64,000 nt of DNA from Myxococcales bacterium (GTDB lineage Bacteria; Myxococcota_A; Polyangia; Haliangiales; SHYZ01), in assembly GCA_009692535.1 (NCBI GenBank), contig SHYZ01000002.1, positions 8,444-72,443 of the forward strand. The letters are read 5' to 3'. The translations under genes were made by a program, and so were the position numbers. The notes below the pieces were generated by a model, which had not been told where the DNA came from, made no database searches, and saw nothing but the letters and a program-made list of their open reading frames with translations. Every line of letters begins with the position of its first letter. Position 1 is the stretch's first letter. Positions 55,103-64,000 of the stretch are shown here, piece after piece.

Positions 55103-57541
55103 ATGTGGAACCCGATCCTGCTGGCAGCCTGCTTCGTGTCGGCGATGGTGTGGCAAACCACGGATCCGACGACGTCGAGTCCCGCGAAGCCCGACGCATC
55201 AGGACCGCAGGATGCCGAAGCCGAGGTGACGCGACTCATCGCGCAAGCGAGCGGCGCGCGAGCGACCTTCGATGAAGATTCAGCGGTGTCGGAGCTGGTG
55301 AAGCTCGGAGCGTCGGCGGTCGCGCCGCTGCAACGCCGCGTCGAGGAACGCGCGCCCGAGATCGCGCTGGCGATGCAGGCACTCGTGCGGATGGGGGAGC
55401 CGGCGCGTCCCGCGTTGCCGTTGCTGCTCGCCATCCTTGGCGATCGCGATTTCATCGAGCCGGCCAGCCAGCTGACGCGCGGTACGGCACGCGGCCACAT
55501 CTTCGACGTGATCGACGAGGCGAAGTGGGCGGTCGCCGAGGTGGCGCCAATCCTCGCGCTTGTCGCCGCCAATTCGCGCGAGGAGGAGGGGTTGCGGCGG
55601 CGATCGCTCTGGGCACTCGGCGGGTTCGGCGAGGTCTCGGCGCCGGCGCTCGCGGCGTTTCTCGGCGATGTGACGCAGGACATCGGGTTGCGGCAGACCG
55701 CGCTGTCGGCGCTCGGCAAGACGGGTGTCGACGCGTCGGATGCCGTGCGGCCGATCGCGGACCAATTGGGTCACCCGCTCCGAAACGTCGCGTTGCATGT
55801 CTTGGCGGCGATGGAGGAGGCGGCCGCGCGCCAGTCGCAGTTCGACTTCTGGTCGGGACGGATGGCCACCGAGCCCGAGTGGCCGTTGGCGCGCGGCTGG
55901 CTGCGCAACGCCTGCGAAGCCACCGATCCGGCGACCGCGTTGGCGCTGGCACGCCAGGTTGAGGCGAGTTGGCGCGAGCGGCTCGCAGCGAAGCCCGACG
56001 CCGAGCTCGCGTTCGCGATCGCCATGCTCTGCCACGACCAGTTGCACGACAGCCAGATCGACTGGGCGGGACGGCACGAGTACCGCCCGAAGCGCGATCC
56101 GCGCCAGAACTACCCCGTGCTGGCCGACGCGCTGCGCGTCGCGAAGGAGCAGGCGGAGAAGTGGACGCCGCGGTGGCAGCGATCGCTGCGCGGACTGGCC
56201 GCGGTGGCGCTGGCGCGCGGCGACTGGGACGGGATGAACGCCGCATTGGTCGAGCTCGGTCTGCCGCCGATGCCGGCCGAGCAGCGGCAGTGGCTGACGC
56301 CGCCGCACGAAAGCTGGGCGGTCCATCCCGAGAAGTGGGTGGCGTGCGATGAGGCGATGCGCAACGGCGACTGTAGTTTCGAGCTGCGTATCGAAAAGGA
56401 AGGCCGCGGTGTTGCTGGCGTCCACGTCCGCCTGCACGAGCTGCCGCGCGACGACGGCTTCCGGTCGAGCGGCGTCGACACGAGCACGCTCTTTTACAAT
56501 CGCCACGTGGTGGCAGAGGACCACTGGACGGGTGCGCCGGCCCTCGGTTACCAAGGGCGCGATCGACAGCAATGCCGCTACGTCGTGACCGGCGACGACG
56601 GCATCGCGCGATTCGAGCAGTTGCCCGAGATCGACGTCGAAATCGAGGTGATGGTGCCGACTGGCAACTTCACCGAGCCCATCGCGCACTGGGAACTCTG
56701 GTCGCGTGAAGCGGATGGCACGTTGTCGCCGCGGAGCTACCGCTGGCACGAGGGTTTCCAGTTGATCAGCGGCGAGACGGTCGCCGGTCCGACGCTGGTC
56801 GTGCGGCCGCGCTTCGCGATGAACCTTGTCGAAGGGCAGGCGCTCGACGCGCAAGCGGCCGTGCTGTCGTGGGACGCGACGCCGCCGCTCGCGAGTGGCG
56901 TTCCCGTGCGCTACGAAGTCTCGCTTTCGCTTGGATTCCCGGGCCGGAAGCGGATCGTCACCCTGCTCGTGGAACCGGAGCGTCTCGCGACCGCCATCGT
57001 CACGACGACGGCAACGACGCTGTCGCTGGCGGACCCGCGTTTCGCCACCGTTCCGCTCGAGGCGGGCAACGTCTACGTCGTCGCGATCGTCGCCAGGGAC
57101 GAGCAGGACGTCGTCCTCGCGCGCTACGGCTCGACCGTTGCCTATGTGCCGTGGCGTCATCGCGTTGCCCTGCTGCCGGTGGCATGCGACCCCGAGATCG
57201 AATTCCACGAAGACTTCGCGTCGATCGCGCTCGAGTCGAAGGTGTGGCATCTCGGTCAGTACCACTCCGCGCGCGGGAAGGTCGAGACGTTGCCGCAGTG
57301 GATCGATCGCCGGCTGGCGGAGCGACCCGACGCATTCGAGCGCGAGTACCTCGAGGTCGCGCGCGCGTGGCTGCATTGGACCGAGGGCGATGCCGCGACG
57401 GCGCGGGCCGCGCTTGCGGTGCTGGCGAACGCGCTGCCCGCCGGGAATCTCGCCGGCGCCACCGCAGCGCAGCTGATCCGCCGGATCGATGCGAGCGAGG
57501 CGCCCGGCAAGGAGCTGCAGTTCGGGCTCGCCGAGCGCTGA
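55103..57541 (+). CDS. Secreted hypothetical protein with N-terminal HEAT-like repeats
   Basis: ATG follows GGAG. Leader MWNPILLAACFVSAMVW. HEAT-like ALAMQALVRMGEPARPALPLLLAILGD. The remainder has no recognisable domain. Confidence 0.55.
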   Translation: MWNPILLAACFVSAMVWQTTDPTTSSPAKPDASGPQDAEAEVTRLIAQASGARATFDEDSAVSELVKLGASAVAPLQRRVEERAPEIALAMQALVRMGEPARPALPLLLAILGDRDFIEPASQLTRGTARGHIFDVIDEAKWAVAEVAPILALVAANSREEEGLRRRSLWALGGFGEVSAPALAAFLGDVTQDIGLRQTALSALGKTGVDASDAVRPIADQLGHPLRNVALHVLAAMEEAAARQSQFDFWSGRMATEPEWPLARGWLRNACEATDPATALALARQVEASWRERLAAKPDAELAFAIAMLCHDQLHDSQIDWAGRHEYRPKRDPRQNYPVLADALRVAKEQAEKWTPRWQRSLRGLAAVALARGDWDGMNAALVELGLPPMPAEQRQWLTPPHESWAVHPEKWVACDEAMRNGDCSFELRIEKEGRGVAGVHVRLHELPRDDGFRSSGVDTSTLFYNRHVVAEDHWTGAPALGYQGRDRQQCRYVVTGDDGIARFEQLPEIDVEIEVMVPTGNFTEPIAHWELWSREADGTLSPRSYRWHEGFQLISGETVAGPTLVVRPRFAMNLVEGQALDAQAAVLSWDATPPLASGVPVRYEVSLSLGFPGRKRIVTLLVEPERLATAIVTTTATTLSLADPRFATVPLEAGNVYVVAIVARDEQDVVLARYGSTVAYVPWRHRVALLPVACDPEIEFHEDFASIALESKVWHLGQYHSARGKVETLPQWIDRRLAERPDAFEREYLEVARAWLHWTEGDAATARAALAVLANALPAGNLAGATAAQLIRRIDASEAPGKELQFGLAER

Positions 57542-57682
57542 GCGAGACCCTACCGTCCGCACCCTTCGCGCTTCTGCCAAAGGACTCGCGGTGATCGCGG
57601 AAGAGAGGCTGCGGTGCGTCGCGAACTCGACTCGCGCGGGAAGGCGGCGAGCCGGCCGCGGGCAGGACGATCGGAGCGAGCG

Positions 57683-58068
57683 ATGAACAAGGCGTTGCTG
57701 GGACTCGTGGTGGGCGCGGTGCTTGGGCTCGCCGACGGCCTTTCGGCCGGCTTCTACCCCAAGGCGTTGGAGGTCGAAGGCAAGCTGCTGTTCATCGCGC
57801 TCGCGTCGAGTTGCAAGGGGCTCGTCGCCGGACTCATCACCGGGTTCATCGCGCGCAAGTACAGCAACCTGCCGATCGGGACGCTGCTGGGGTTGGTCGT
57901 GGCGGCTCTGGTCACCCTGCCGGTGGCGATGATGTACGACCCGGCCTCGGCAAGACGCCGTTTTGGGAGATCATGATTCCCGGCTCGATCTGCGGCGCGA
58001 TCGTCGGTTTCGCGACGCAACGCTATGGACGGGGTGCTGGCGACGCAGCGGTGCCGACCGCGAGGTGA
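57683..58068 (+). pseudogene. Small multi-TM membrane protein with apparent 1-nt deletion near 57945-57952
   Basis: MNKALLGLVVGAVLGLADGL...LPVAMMYDPAS in one frame continues as GKTPFWEIMIPGSICGAIVGFATQRYG in the next frame. Confidence 0.5.
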
Positions 58069-58128
58069 GACGAAGGGAACGCATCCGACTGTGAGGATTC
58101 CGACCGTGGGGATACAGAGGAGCAGCTG

Positions 58129-58680
58129 ATGAATGCATGGAATCGGGCGGCCGCGGTCTGTGGCGCGCTGGCGCTTGCCGGGTGCCAGGTGCGGACGATG
58201 GACGGCGCGACGAACGGCTTCGACACGCAGATGGCATTCGAGCGGCTGAAGACGATGGCGGGGACCTACGACGTCGAGTTCCCTGACGAGCCCGAGCACT
58301 TCAAGGTCATCTGGGACAACGTGTCAGGCGGCCACGCGATCGTCGAGACGCTGAACGTCGGCACGCCGCACGAAATGGTGTCGCTCTACTACCTCGACGG
58401 CGAGGACCTGGCGATCACGCACTACTGTGGCATCGGCAACCGGCCGCTGATGCGGCTCGATCGCGTGCGCTCGACCCGCGACGAGTACTTCTTCGAGTTC
58501 GATCGCGCGACGACCGGGATCGATCCGGCGACCGACGCGCATATCCACGCCGCGCACTTCAAGTTCCTCGCCGCCGACGCGGTCGACGTCGAATGGTCGT
58601 TCTGGGACAAGGGCGCCGAACAGCACCAGAAGCTCTTCGAGCTGCGCAAGCAGCCGGGCAAGTTCACGGCAGGGGGCTGA
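58129..58680 (+). CDS. Hypothetical lipoprotein
   Basis: ATG follows GAGGAG. Lipobox CGALALAGC. No confident domain assignment. Confidence 0.55.
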   Translation: MNAWNRAAAVCGALALAGCQVRTMDGATNGFDTQMAFERLKTMAGTYDVEFPDEPEHFKVIWDNVSGGHAIVETLNVGTPHEMVSLYYLDGEDLAITHYCGIGNRPLMRLDRVRSTRDEYFFEFDRATTGIDPATDAHIHAAHFKFLAADAVDVEWSFWDKGAEQHQKLFELRKQPGKFTAGG

Positions 58681-58684
58681 ACCG

Positions 58685-59244
58685 ATGGCCACGCCCGAGC
58701 AGATGGTCCAGTCGATGATCGCCAACCTCGTCGAAAAGACCGGCAAGGCGCTCCCCGAGTGGGTGAAGATCGCGCGCGCGAGCGGCGCCGCGAAGCACGG
58801 CGAGATCGTCACCTTCCTGAAGACGAAGCACGAGATCGGCCACGGCTACGCCAACCTCGTGGCGCAGGGGGCGCTGAAGAGCGACGGCGCTGCGGAACCA
58901 ACCGGCGCGCGCTGATCGACGCGCAGTACGCCGGCAACAAGGCGGCGATGCGACTGTTGTGTGACGCGCTCATCGCCGCGGCGAAGAAGCTCGGCAAGGA
59001 CGTCGAGATCGCGCCGAAGAAGACCAGCGTCAGCCTGCGCCGCACGAAGCAGTTCGCGCTGATCGAGCCGGCAAGCGCGACGCGCGTCAACCTCGGCCTC
59101 CAGCTGAAGGGCGTGCCCGTCGCCGGCCGCCTCGAGAAGTACCCGAGCACGATGTGCACCTACCGCGTGAAGCTCGATTCCGCGGCGCAGCTCGACGCCG
59201 AACTCAAGGGCTGGCTGAAGCAGGCTTACGACGCGGCGGGGTGA
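58685..59244 (+). pseudogene. DUF4287 + DUF5655-like two-domain protein with apparent 1-nt deletion near 58900-58912
   Basis: The N-terminal part MVQSMIANLVEKTGKALPEWVKIARASGAAKHGEIVTFLKTKHEIGHGYANLV ends at TGA 58913-58915. The C-terminal part ALIDAQYAGNKA..KKTSVSLRRTKQFALIEP continues in another frame. Confidence 0.55.
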
Positions 59245-59309
59245 GCGCGCGTATCGTGCGCCGCCATTCGTGATCGCAATTTTGGCGATCCGACCCGAGG
59301 AACCGCCCG

Positions 59310-60107
59310 ATGCGCTCGACTCTCTGTCTCGCTTTGATTGCGGCGCTTGCCGCCGTGGCGACCGTCTCATCCGTTACCGCCGCCGCATGGACGCGCCCGC
59401 TCGCGCCGTCGGCACCCGCCGTCCAAGTGAACCCCGCCACCACTCCCGTCGCCCGTCCCGACGCCTGGTGGCAGCAGTGTCACACCGCGATGAACGAGCG
59501 CGTGAAGCAGGGCAAGGTCGACCTCGTCTTCATCGGCGACTCGATCACTCAAGCGTGGGATGACACGGGCGCCGCGCTGTGGGCCAAGCGCTTCGCGCCG
59601 CGCAACGCGGTCAACCTCGGCATCAGCGGCGACCAGACCGAGCACGTGCTCTGGCGGCTGCAGAACGGCAACCTCGCCGGGATCACGCCGAAGGCGGCGG
59701 TGATCATGATCGGGACCAACAACGTCGGGAACACCGGCGGGTCGCACAGCGCCGAGCAGATCGCGGCGGGGGTGCAGGCGATCGTCGACGAGCTCGGGAA
59801 GAAGACGCCGACCACCAAGGTCCTGCTGCTGGCGATCTTCCCGCGCGCCGAGCCGACGGACCCGATGCGCGAGAAGATCACCGCGATCAACGCGAGTCTC
59901 GCCAAGTTCGCGAAGCTCGCCAACGCTGCCGCGCCGAAAGGCGGCGAGCGCGTGACCTTCCTCGACGTCGGCCCGAAGTTCCTTGCCGCCGACGGCACGC
60001 TGCCGAAGGAGCTGATGCCCGACCTGCTCCACCTGTCGGCGAAGGGCTACGAGATCTGGGCCGACGCGATCGAAGCCGATCTGAAGAAGCTGCTCGGCGA
60101 GAAGTAG
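59310..60107 (+). CDS. SGNH/GDSL-family hydrolase (secreted)
   Basis: ATG follows GAGGAA. Signal peptide present. Block I VFIGDSIT, block II NLGISGD, block III IMIGTNN and block V-like DLLHLS. Confidence 0.8.
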   Translation: MRSTLCLALIAALAAVATVSSVTAAAWTRPLAPSAPAVQVNPATTPVARPDAWWQQCHTAMNERVKQGKVDLVFIGDSITQAWDDTGAALWAKRFAPRNAVNLGISGDQTEHVLWRLQNGNLAGITPKAAVIMIGTNNVGNTGGSHSAEQIAAGVQAIVDELGKKTPTTKVLLLAIFPRAEPTDPMREKITAINASLAKFAKLANAAAPKGGERVTFLDVGPKFLAADGTLPKELMPDLLHLSAKGYEIWADAIEADLKKLLGEK

Positions 60108-60220
60108 GACTGGGTTCACGGCGTGTTTGCAACACGCGATCTTCCGGCAGGACAATCTGATGGATGCGCTGGTCGCGCCGCAACTCTCGCAGACCACGAC
60201 CCAAAGTAAGAGACCCAACC

Positions 60221-60850
60221 ATGCGCGCTCGTTTCCTCACCGCGACCCTCGCGGTCCTCGCATTCGTCCCCGCGTTGCCGGCCCAGCAGGTGTTCGGCGG
60301 ACCCGATCCGGAGCGCAAGGCGTCGACCGTCTTCGTCTCGACCGAGAGCTTCGAGACCCTTGCGGCCGTGTCGATCAGCTACAGCCAGCCCAGTTGGCAC
60401 GACAGCTACGACGGTGAGCTCAAGAGCCTCGCAGGCAGCAACTACACGCGGCTCGGCAAGGGCTGGTGGACCACCTTCGACACGGTCGGCACGCTTGAGA
60501 TCGGCGGCACGAAGATCGAGGCCGGCAGCTACTACCTGGGTCTCGCCGTCGGCAAGGAGGGCGCCTTCAGCCTGCTCGTCTTCGACAGCAAGCAAGCGAT
60601 GAAGAGCGGCTTGCTGCCGGGCACTACTGCGCTCTACACGGCCGAGGCCAAGGCCGAGGCCAAGGCGCCGCTGACGCTCGCCAAGGACGCGCTGAAGGAA
60701 GCGGTCGTCAAGCTGGAGATCGAGATCACCGCGGACAAGACGGACCCCGCGACCGGCAGGTTCTCGATCCGCTGGGGCAAGCACGAGCTGTCGGCGCCGG
60801 TCAAGTTCGACTTGGCAGGAGCCAAGGACGCCGCCGCACCGAAGAAATGA
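60221..60850 (+). CDS. DUF2911-like secreted protein
   Basis: Leader MRARFLTATLAVLAFVPALPAQ. Motifs ISYSQPSW..RLGKGWWTTFDT..LEIGGTKIEAGSYYLGL. Confidence 0.55.
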   Translation: MRARFLTATLAVLAFVPALPAQQVFGGPDPERKASTVFVSTESFETLAAVSISYSQPSWHDSYDGELKSLAGSNYTRLGKGWWTTFDTVGTLEIGGTKIEAGSYYLGLAVGKEGAFSLLVFDSKQAMKSGLLPGTTALYTAEAKAEAKAPLTLAKDALKEAVVKLEIEITADKTDPATGRFSIRWGKHELSAPVKFDLAGAKDAAAPKK

Positions 60851-61740
60851 CCGAGCGGCGCCGTCGTTGCTCGCCCCTCGCGCTGCCGCTACGGTCTGCC
60901 TCCCTCATGACGACCGAGCTCCTGCGCTTCGACAACCTCGAGCAGCACCTGCTGCTGAAGAACGGCAACTACCTCTACAAGGTGCCGTTCCGCGGCGGCT
61001 TCGCGGTGCTGAAGGTCTATTCGGGCAGCCGCAGCTGGTTCGACTACGCGTTGAAGACCTGCGGCAACGTGCTGGTCTGCAACCAGACGTCGTTCATGCC
61101 GCGCGCGCGGCGGCGCACCGAGCTCGCCTGCCTGAAGCTCTGGCGCGACGCCGGCTTCCGCGTGTTCGGCTTGTTCGAGGATGTCGCGGTCGAGGGCATC
61201 GATCCGTCGCTGTGGGCGCTCTACGAATACGTGCCACGGCCGAAGCTCGTCGATCTGTTGGGCCAGAAGCAGGTGCCGTTGGAGCAGCGCCTCGCGCTGT
61301 GGCGCGGCTTCTTGGCCGTCTGGCATCGCCGCCACGCGCTGGCGATCGAGCGGGCCGAGCCTCGTCTCGTCCATGAGAACGGCGACCTGAAGCACGTGAT
61401 GGTGCTGGAGGACGGCGGCTACCTGCAGTTTGATTTCGAGATGGTCTTTCGCTCGCGCTCGCGGGTGAAGGAGTTCGTCGCGCGCGAGATCCTGTCGTTC
61501 CTGAAGAGCCTCGGGAAGACGGTCGGGGAGAAGGACTTCGCAATGTTCATGGCGGAGACGGTCCGCCACTACCCCGACCACGATCTGCTGCGTTACACGC
61601 ATGCCTTCGCGTTCGCGAATCCCAACCCGATCTTGCGCCTTGCGCGCGCCATCGATCGCCGGATCAAGTCGCGCGCGCAGAAGCCCTTCTCGAAGTACAA
61701 CGTTGCCCGCCGACTCGACCAAGCCCTCGCGTCCAGCTGA
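60847..61740 (+). CDS. Protein-kinase-like fold protein (RIO / Bud32 / Kdo-kinase-like)
   Basis: ATG overlaps the upstream stop (ATGA); an alternative ATG lies at 60907. Motifs FAVLKVY (Lys), RRRTELACLKLWRDAGFRV, LVHENGDLKHVMV and YLQFDFE. Confidence 0.55.
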   Translation: MTERRRRCSPLALPLRSASLMTTELLRFDNLEQHLLLKNGNYLYKVPFRGGFAVLKVYSGSRSWFDYALKTCGNVLVCNQTSFMPRARRRTELACLKLWRDAGFRVFGLFEDVAVEGIDPSLWALYEYVPRPKLVDLLGQKQVPLEQRLALWRGFLAVWHRRHALAIERAEPRLVHENGDLKHVMVLEDGGYLQFDFEMVFRSRSRVKEFVAREILSFLKSLGKTVGEKDFAMFMAETVRHYPDHDLLRYTHAFAFANPNPILRLARAIDRRIKSRAQKPFSKYNVARRLDQALASS

Positions 61741-61768
61741 CGCGCGGCCGGTTCGTCCGCGCGAGCGC

Positions 61769-62623
61769 GTGACGCTGCACGGCCTCGATGGCGAAGTGCT
61801 CGCCCGCAGCGCTCGCGGCGATGGCCGCCACCTCGTGCTCAAGGTGGCGATCGCCGGCACGCCCGCTGTCCTCAAGCTCTACGGCCGCAAGCGCGATTGG
61901 CTGCGCGACGCGCTGCGTGGCATCGGCCAGCGCTGGTTCGTCGGCAAGACCGGCATGTCGCCGACCGCGCGCTGCACGACCGAGCGTGAAACGCTCGCAC
62001 TCTGGCGCAGCCACGGCTTCGACGTGCCGGCCGCGCTCGACCTGCCGTTGCCGGCCGCGGTGCCGTCGCTGCGGCTGCTGCTCGAATGCCTCGAAGGGGA
62101 ACTGCTCCATCGCTCGATCGCGCGCCGCGACGTGCCGCTCGCGGAGAAGATCGCGCTGCTCGAGCGCCTCGCCGCCGACTGGGGGCGCCGCCACGTCGTC
62201 GCGCAGCGCGAGCGCGAGCCGCGGCTGATCCAGGCGCACGCGATGCTGGGCCACGTCTTCCGCGTGCCGGCGGCCGGAGACGGAGCCGCCGCCGCCGAGC
62301 GCCTGGTCACCTTCGACTTCGAGGTCGCGTGGGCGCGTCGCTCGGCGCTGCCGCGTCTGATCAGTCTCGAGATCGCGCAACTGCTCGAATCAGTGGCGGC
62401 GTGGGGGCCGCTCGAACAGTTGCCGGCCCTGATCGCAGCCTTCGTCAACGCCTACCCCGATCGGGCCGTGGTCGAGCGGCTCGCCGTCGATGTGAGGCGC
62501 GGTCCGCTGCCGCTGTTCGCGTGGATCAACGGGATCGCGTTGCAACTGCGCGAGCGCGGACCGCGTCGCAAGCGCGCCGTTCTCCGGCACGTGGAGACGG
62601 CATTGAAGGAGCGACCCGAATGA
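61769..62623 (+). CDS. Paralogous kinase-like fold protein with degenerate catalytic loop
   Basis: GTG 61769 is the first start after the upstream stop. Motifs PAVLKLY, TTERETLALWRSHGFDVP and LIQAHAMLGHVFRV (no Asp), plus LVTFDFE. Confidence 0.5.
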   Translation: MTLHGLDGEVLARSARGDGRHLVLKVAIAGTPAVLKLYGRKRDWLRDALRGIGQRWFVGKTGMSPTARCTTERETLALWRSHGFDVPAALDLPLPAAVPSLRLLLECLEGELLHRSIARRDVPLAEKIALLERLAADWGRRHVVAQREREPRLIQAHAMLGHVFRVPAAGDGAAAAERLVTFDFEVAWARRSALPRLISLEIAQLLESVAAWGPLEQLPALIAAFVNAYPDRAVVERLAVDVRRGPLPLFAWINGIALQLRERGPRRKRAVLRHVETALKERPE

Positions 62624-63924
62624 GCTGGCTCGACGGATTCGTGACGGTGATCGCGGCGCTGGCGGCGCAAGACGACCTGCAGCACGATCCGCAGCAGGAG
62701 TGGGAGCGGGCGACGCGGTTCGAGTTCGACGGTTACGGACCCCTCGGCGGACCTTTTGGCGGTCGCGACCTGACGCTCCACTTTGGCGGCCGACTCGCGG
62801 TCGACTTCATCCGCTGGGACGACCGCAACTCGAACGAGAACGGCTTCGCGCTTGGCGCGCTGCGGCCGCTGTTCGACCTCGATGTCGGCGGTCGCTCGCA
62901 ATTCCGCGCCGAGTTCGACCTTGACGATGTCGACAGCAAGCGCGGCGCCTACGACCTCTGGGTGCGCCAGGAGATCGGGCGGCACGCCGCCGTGCAGGTC
63001 GGCCAGGTGCGCGTGGCGATGGGCAGCGAATACGCGACGCGCGAGGAGAGCCTGCCGCTGGTCGGGTACTCGTTCACGTCGTACCTCACCGGCCGCTACG
63101 ACCTCGGCGTGCGCGCGACGTTCGACGGCGCGCGCGACTCGCTCCACCTCGAAGGCGTGGCGACGATCGGCTCCGGCTTCGGCCTCGAAGGCGAGGGCAA
63201 GGATGATCCGTTCTTCATGGGTCGCGCGACGCTCGAGCCGCTGCGCGCGCACGGTCCCGACTGGCTGAAGAGCGTCTACGTCGGCGCTGCCTTCGCCTGG
63301 CAGCCGGGATTCCACGACGAGCTGCTGCTGGCAACCCCGTACCAGACTCCAGTCTTCACGACTCCCGACTTGCGTGGCGGCCCTGCGGCGTGGGGCTTGG
63401 TCGAAGCCGGTTGGCACTGCGGTCCGGTCCGCGTCGGCATCGAGGGCGTGCGCGGAGTCATCACCGACGTCGACGTGCCGGGCGGTGGCGATCGCGACCT
63501 CGACGAGCTCATGGCGTGGACGGCGTTCGCCTCGGTGTTCCTGACCGGCGAGGGGCCGACCTGGGACGCCGGTCGTCATGGCCGCCACCGCCAGCGCAAG
63601 GGTCGGATTGCGGCTGCCGATGCCGATGCCGACTCCGACGGCGGCCCGACCTTCCGGCTCGCGCCGTTCTCGACTCCGATCGAGCTCGCGCTGCGCTACA
63701 GCAATGCCGACCTCGACCGCGCGCTCTTCACCAGTGGCCTGACCACCACCAATCCCTCGACGCAGGAGGTGCGCACGGCCGGCGCCAACCTGGTGTTCCA
63801 TGTGGCGCCCGGCACCCGCTTCCAACTCGGTGTCGTGCGCACGATCGCCGCCGACGACCTCGCGGTCTTCGGCGGCGCCAATCGCGACACGTCCTACCTC
63901 GCGCGCTTCGAGATCGACTTCTGA
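62620..63924 (+). CDS. Outer-membrane porin (phosphate-selective porin O/P-like)
   Basis: ATG overlaps the upstream stop (ATGA). Beta-rich sequence. C-terminal ...YLARFEIDF ends in Phe. The family assignment comes from general resemblance only. Confidence 0.5.
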   Translation: MSWLDGFVTVIAALAAQDDLQHDPQQEWERATRFEFDGYGPLGGPFGGRDLTLHFGGRLAVDFIRWDDRNSNENGFALGALRPLFDLDVGGRSQFRAEFDLDDVDSKRGAYDLWVRQEIGRHAAVQVGQVRVAMGSEYATREESLPLVGYSFTSYLTGRYDLGVRATFDGARDSLHLEGVATIGSGFGLEGEGKDDPFFMGRATLEPLRAHGPDWLKSVYVGAAFAWQPGFHDELLLATPYQTPVFTTPDLRGGPAAWGLVEAGWHCGPVRVGIEGVRGVITDVDVPGGGDRDLDELMAWTAFASVFLTGEGPTWDAGRHGRHRQRKGRIAAADADADSDGGPTFRLAPFSTPIELALRYSNADLDRALFTSGLTTTNPSTQEVRTAGANLVFHVAPGTRFQLGVVRTIAADDLAVFGGANRDTSYLARFEIDF

Positions 63925-64000
63925 GAGCGCCTAACAGAATGTCCGCTGCGTTCGGCCGGCTGCGGCCGCCTGGGACTTCGTCGACCTCCATCGGCGACTC

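Noticed and set aside
1-64000. Scan for rRNA, tRNA, CRISPR arrays, IS elements, integrases, prophage genes and known defence-system genes
   Set aside because: I could detect no direct-repeat arrays, cloverleaf-like intergenic sequences, transposase or recombinase motifs, or terminal inverted repeats by eye. The intergenic spacers are short. A covariance-model scan would be needed to exclude small RNAs.

Overview
GC-rich (well above 60% G+C by eye) bacterial chromosomal segment from a diderm organism, shown by lpxD, murJ, beta-barrel OMPs and a porin. Lineage cannot be fixed from sequence. The ECF-sigma/Ser-Thr-kinase pair, HEAT-repeat proteins and carboxypeptidase-regulatory-like repeat proteins recall Planctomycetota/Myxococcota-type genomes. 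I support about 46 protein-coding genes and see no rRNA, tRNA, CRISPR, transposase or integrase. All calls rest on motifs read by eye from the ORF track and DNA; no BLAST or HMM search was possible. Gene modules, in order: (1) two paralogous membrane-anchored CarboxypepD_reg-PDZ proteins coupled to an S41 C-terminal processing peptidase (3.5-10.1 kb); (2) murJ coupled by 4-nt overlaps to two sulfatase-like enzymes with a Thr-type nucleophile motif (11.8-18.4 kb); (3) signalling genes, namely an MCP and a hybrid histidine kinase; (4) a minus-strand operon of a MoxR-type AAA+ ATPase, a TraB/GumN-like protein and a secreted protein ending in a GspG-like domain, plus lpxD. This operon is divergent from (5) two duplicated three-gene pseudopilin tip-like cassettes that flank a HEAT-repeat protein, with no ATPase, platform, secretin or major pilin nearby (27.3-38.1 kb). 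This is my best candidate for an undescribed system. (6) Two tandem TlpA-like thioredoxin-fold genes, one with an in-frame UGA at the first Cys of W-C-G-P-C followed by SECIS-like hairpins, making it a candidate selenoprotein that ORF calling split in two. (7) Hydrolase and transport genes: a 2OG oxygenase, an SSF symporter, an amidohydrolase, an agmatine-deiminase-like enzyme and an S9 peptidase. (8) A large CarboxypepD_reg repeat protein divergent from a decayed ECF sigma / Ser-Thr kinase pair. (9) A DUF2911 / two RIO-Kdo-kinase-like paralogues / porin operon. Caveat: at least nine frame lesions (one nonsense codon, several 1-nt indels, internal deletions) occur. They concentrate in signalling genes while the largest genes are intact. 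This means genuine decay or local assembly error, and it tempers the selenocysteine call.
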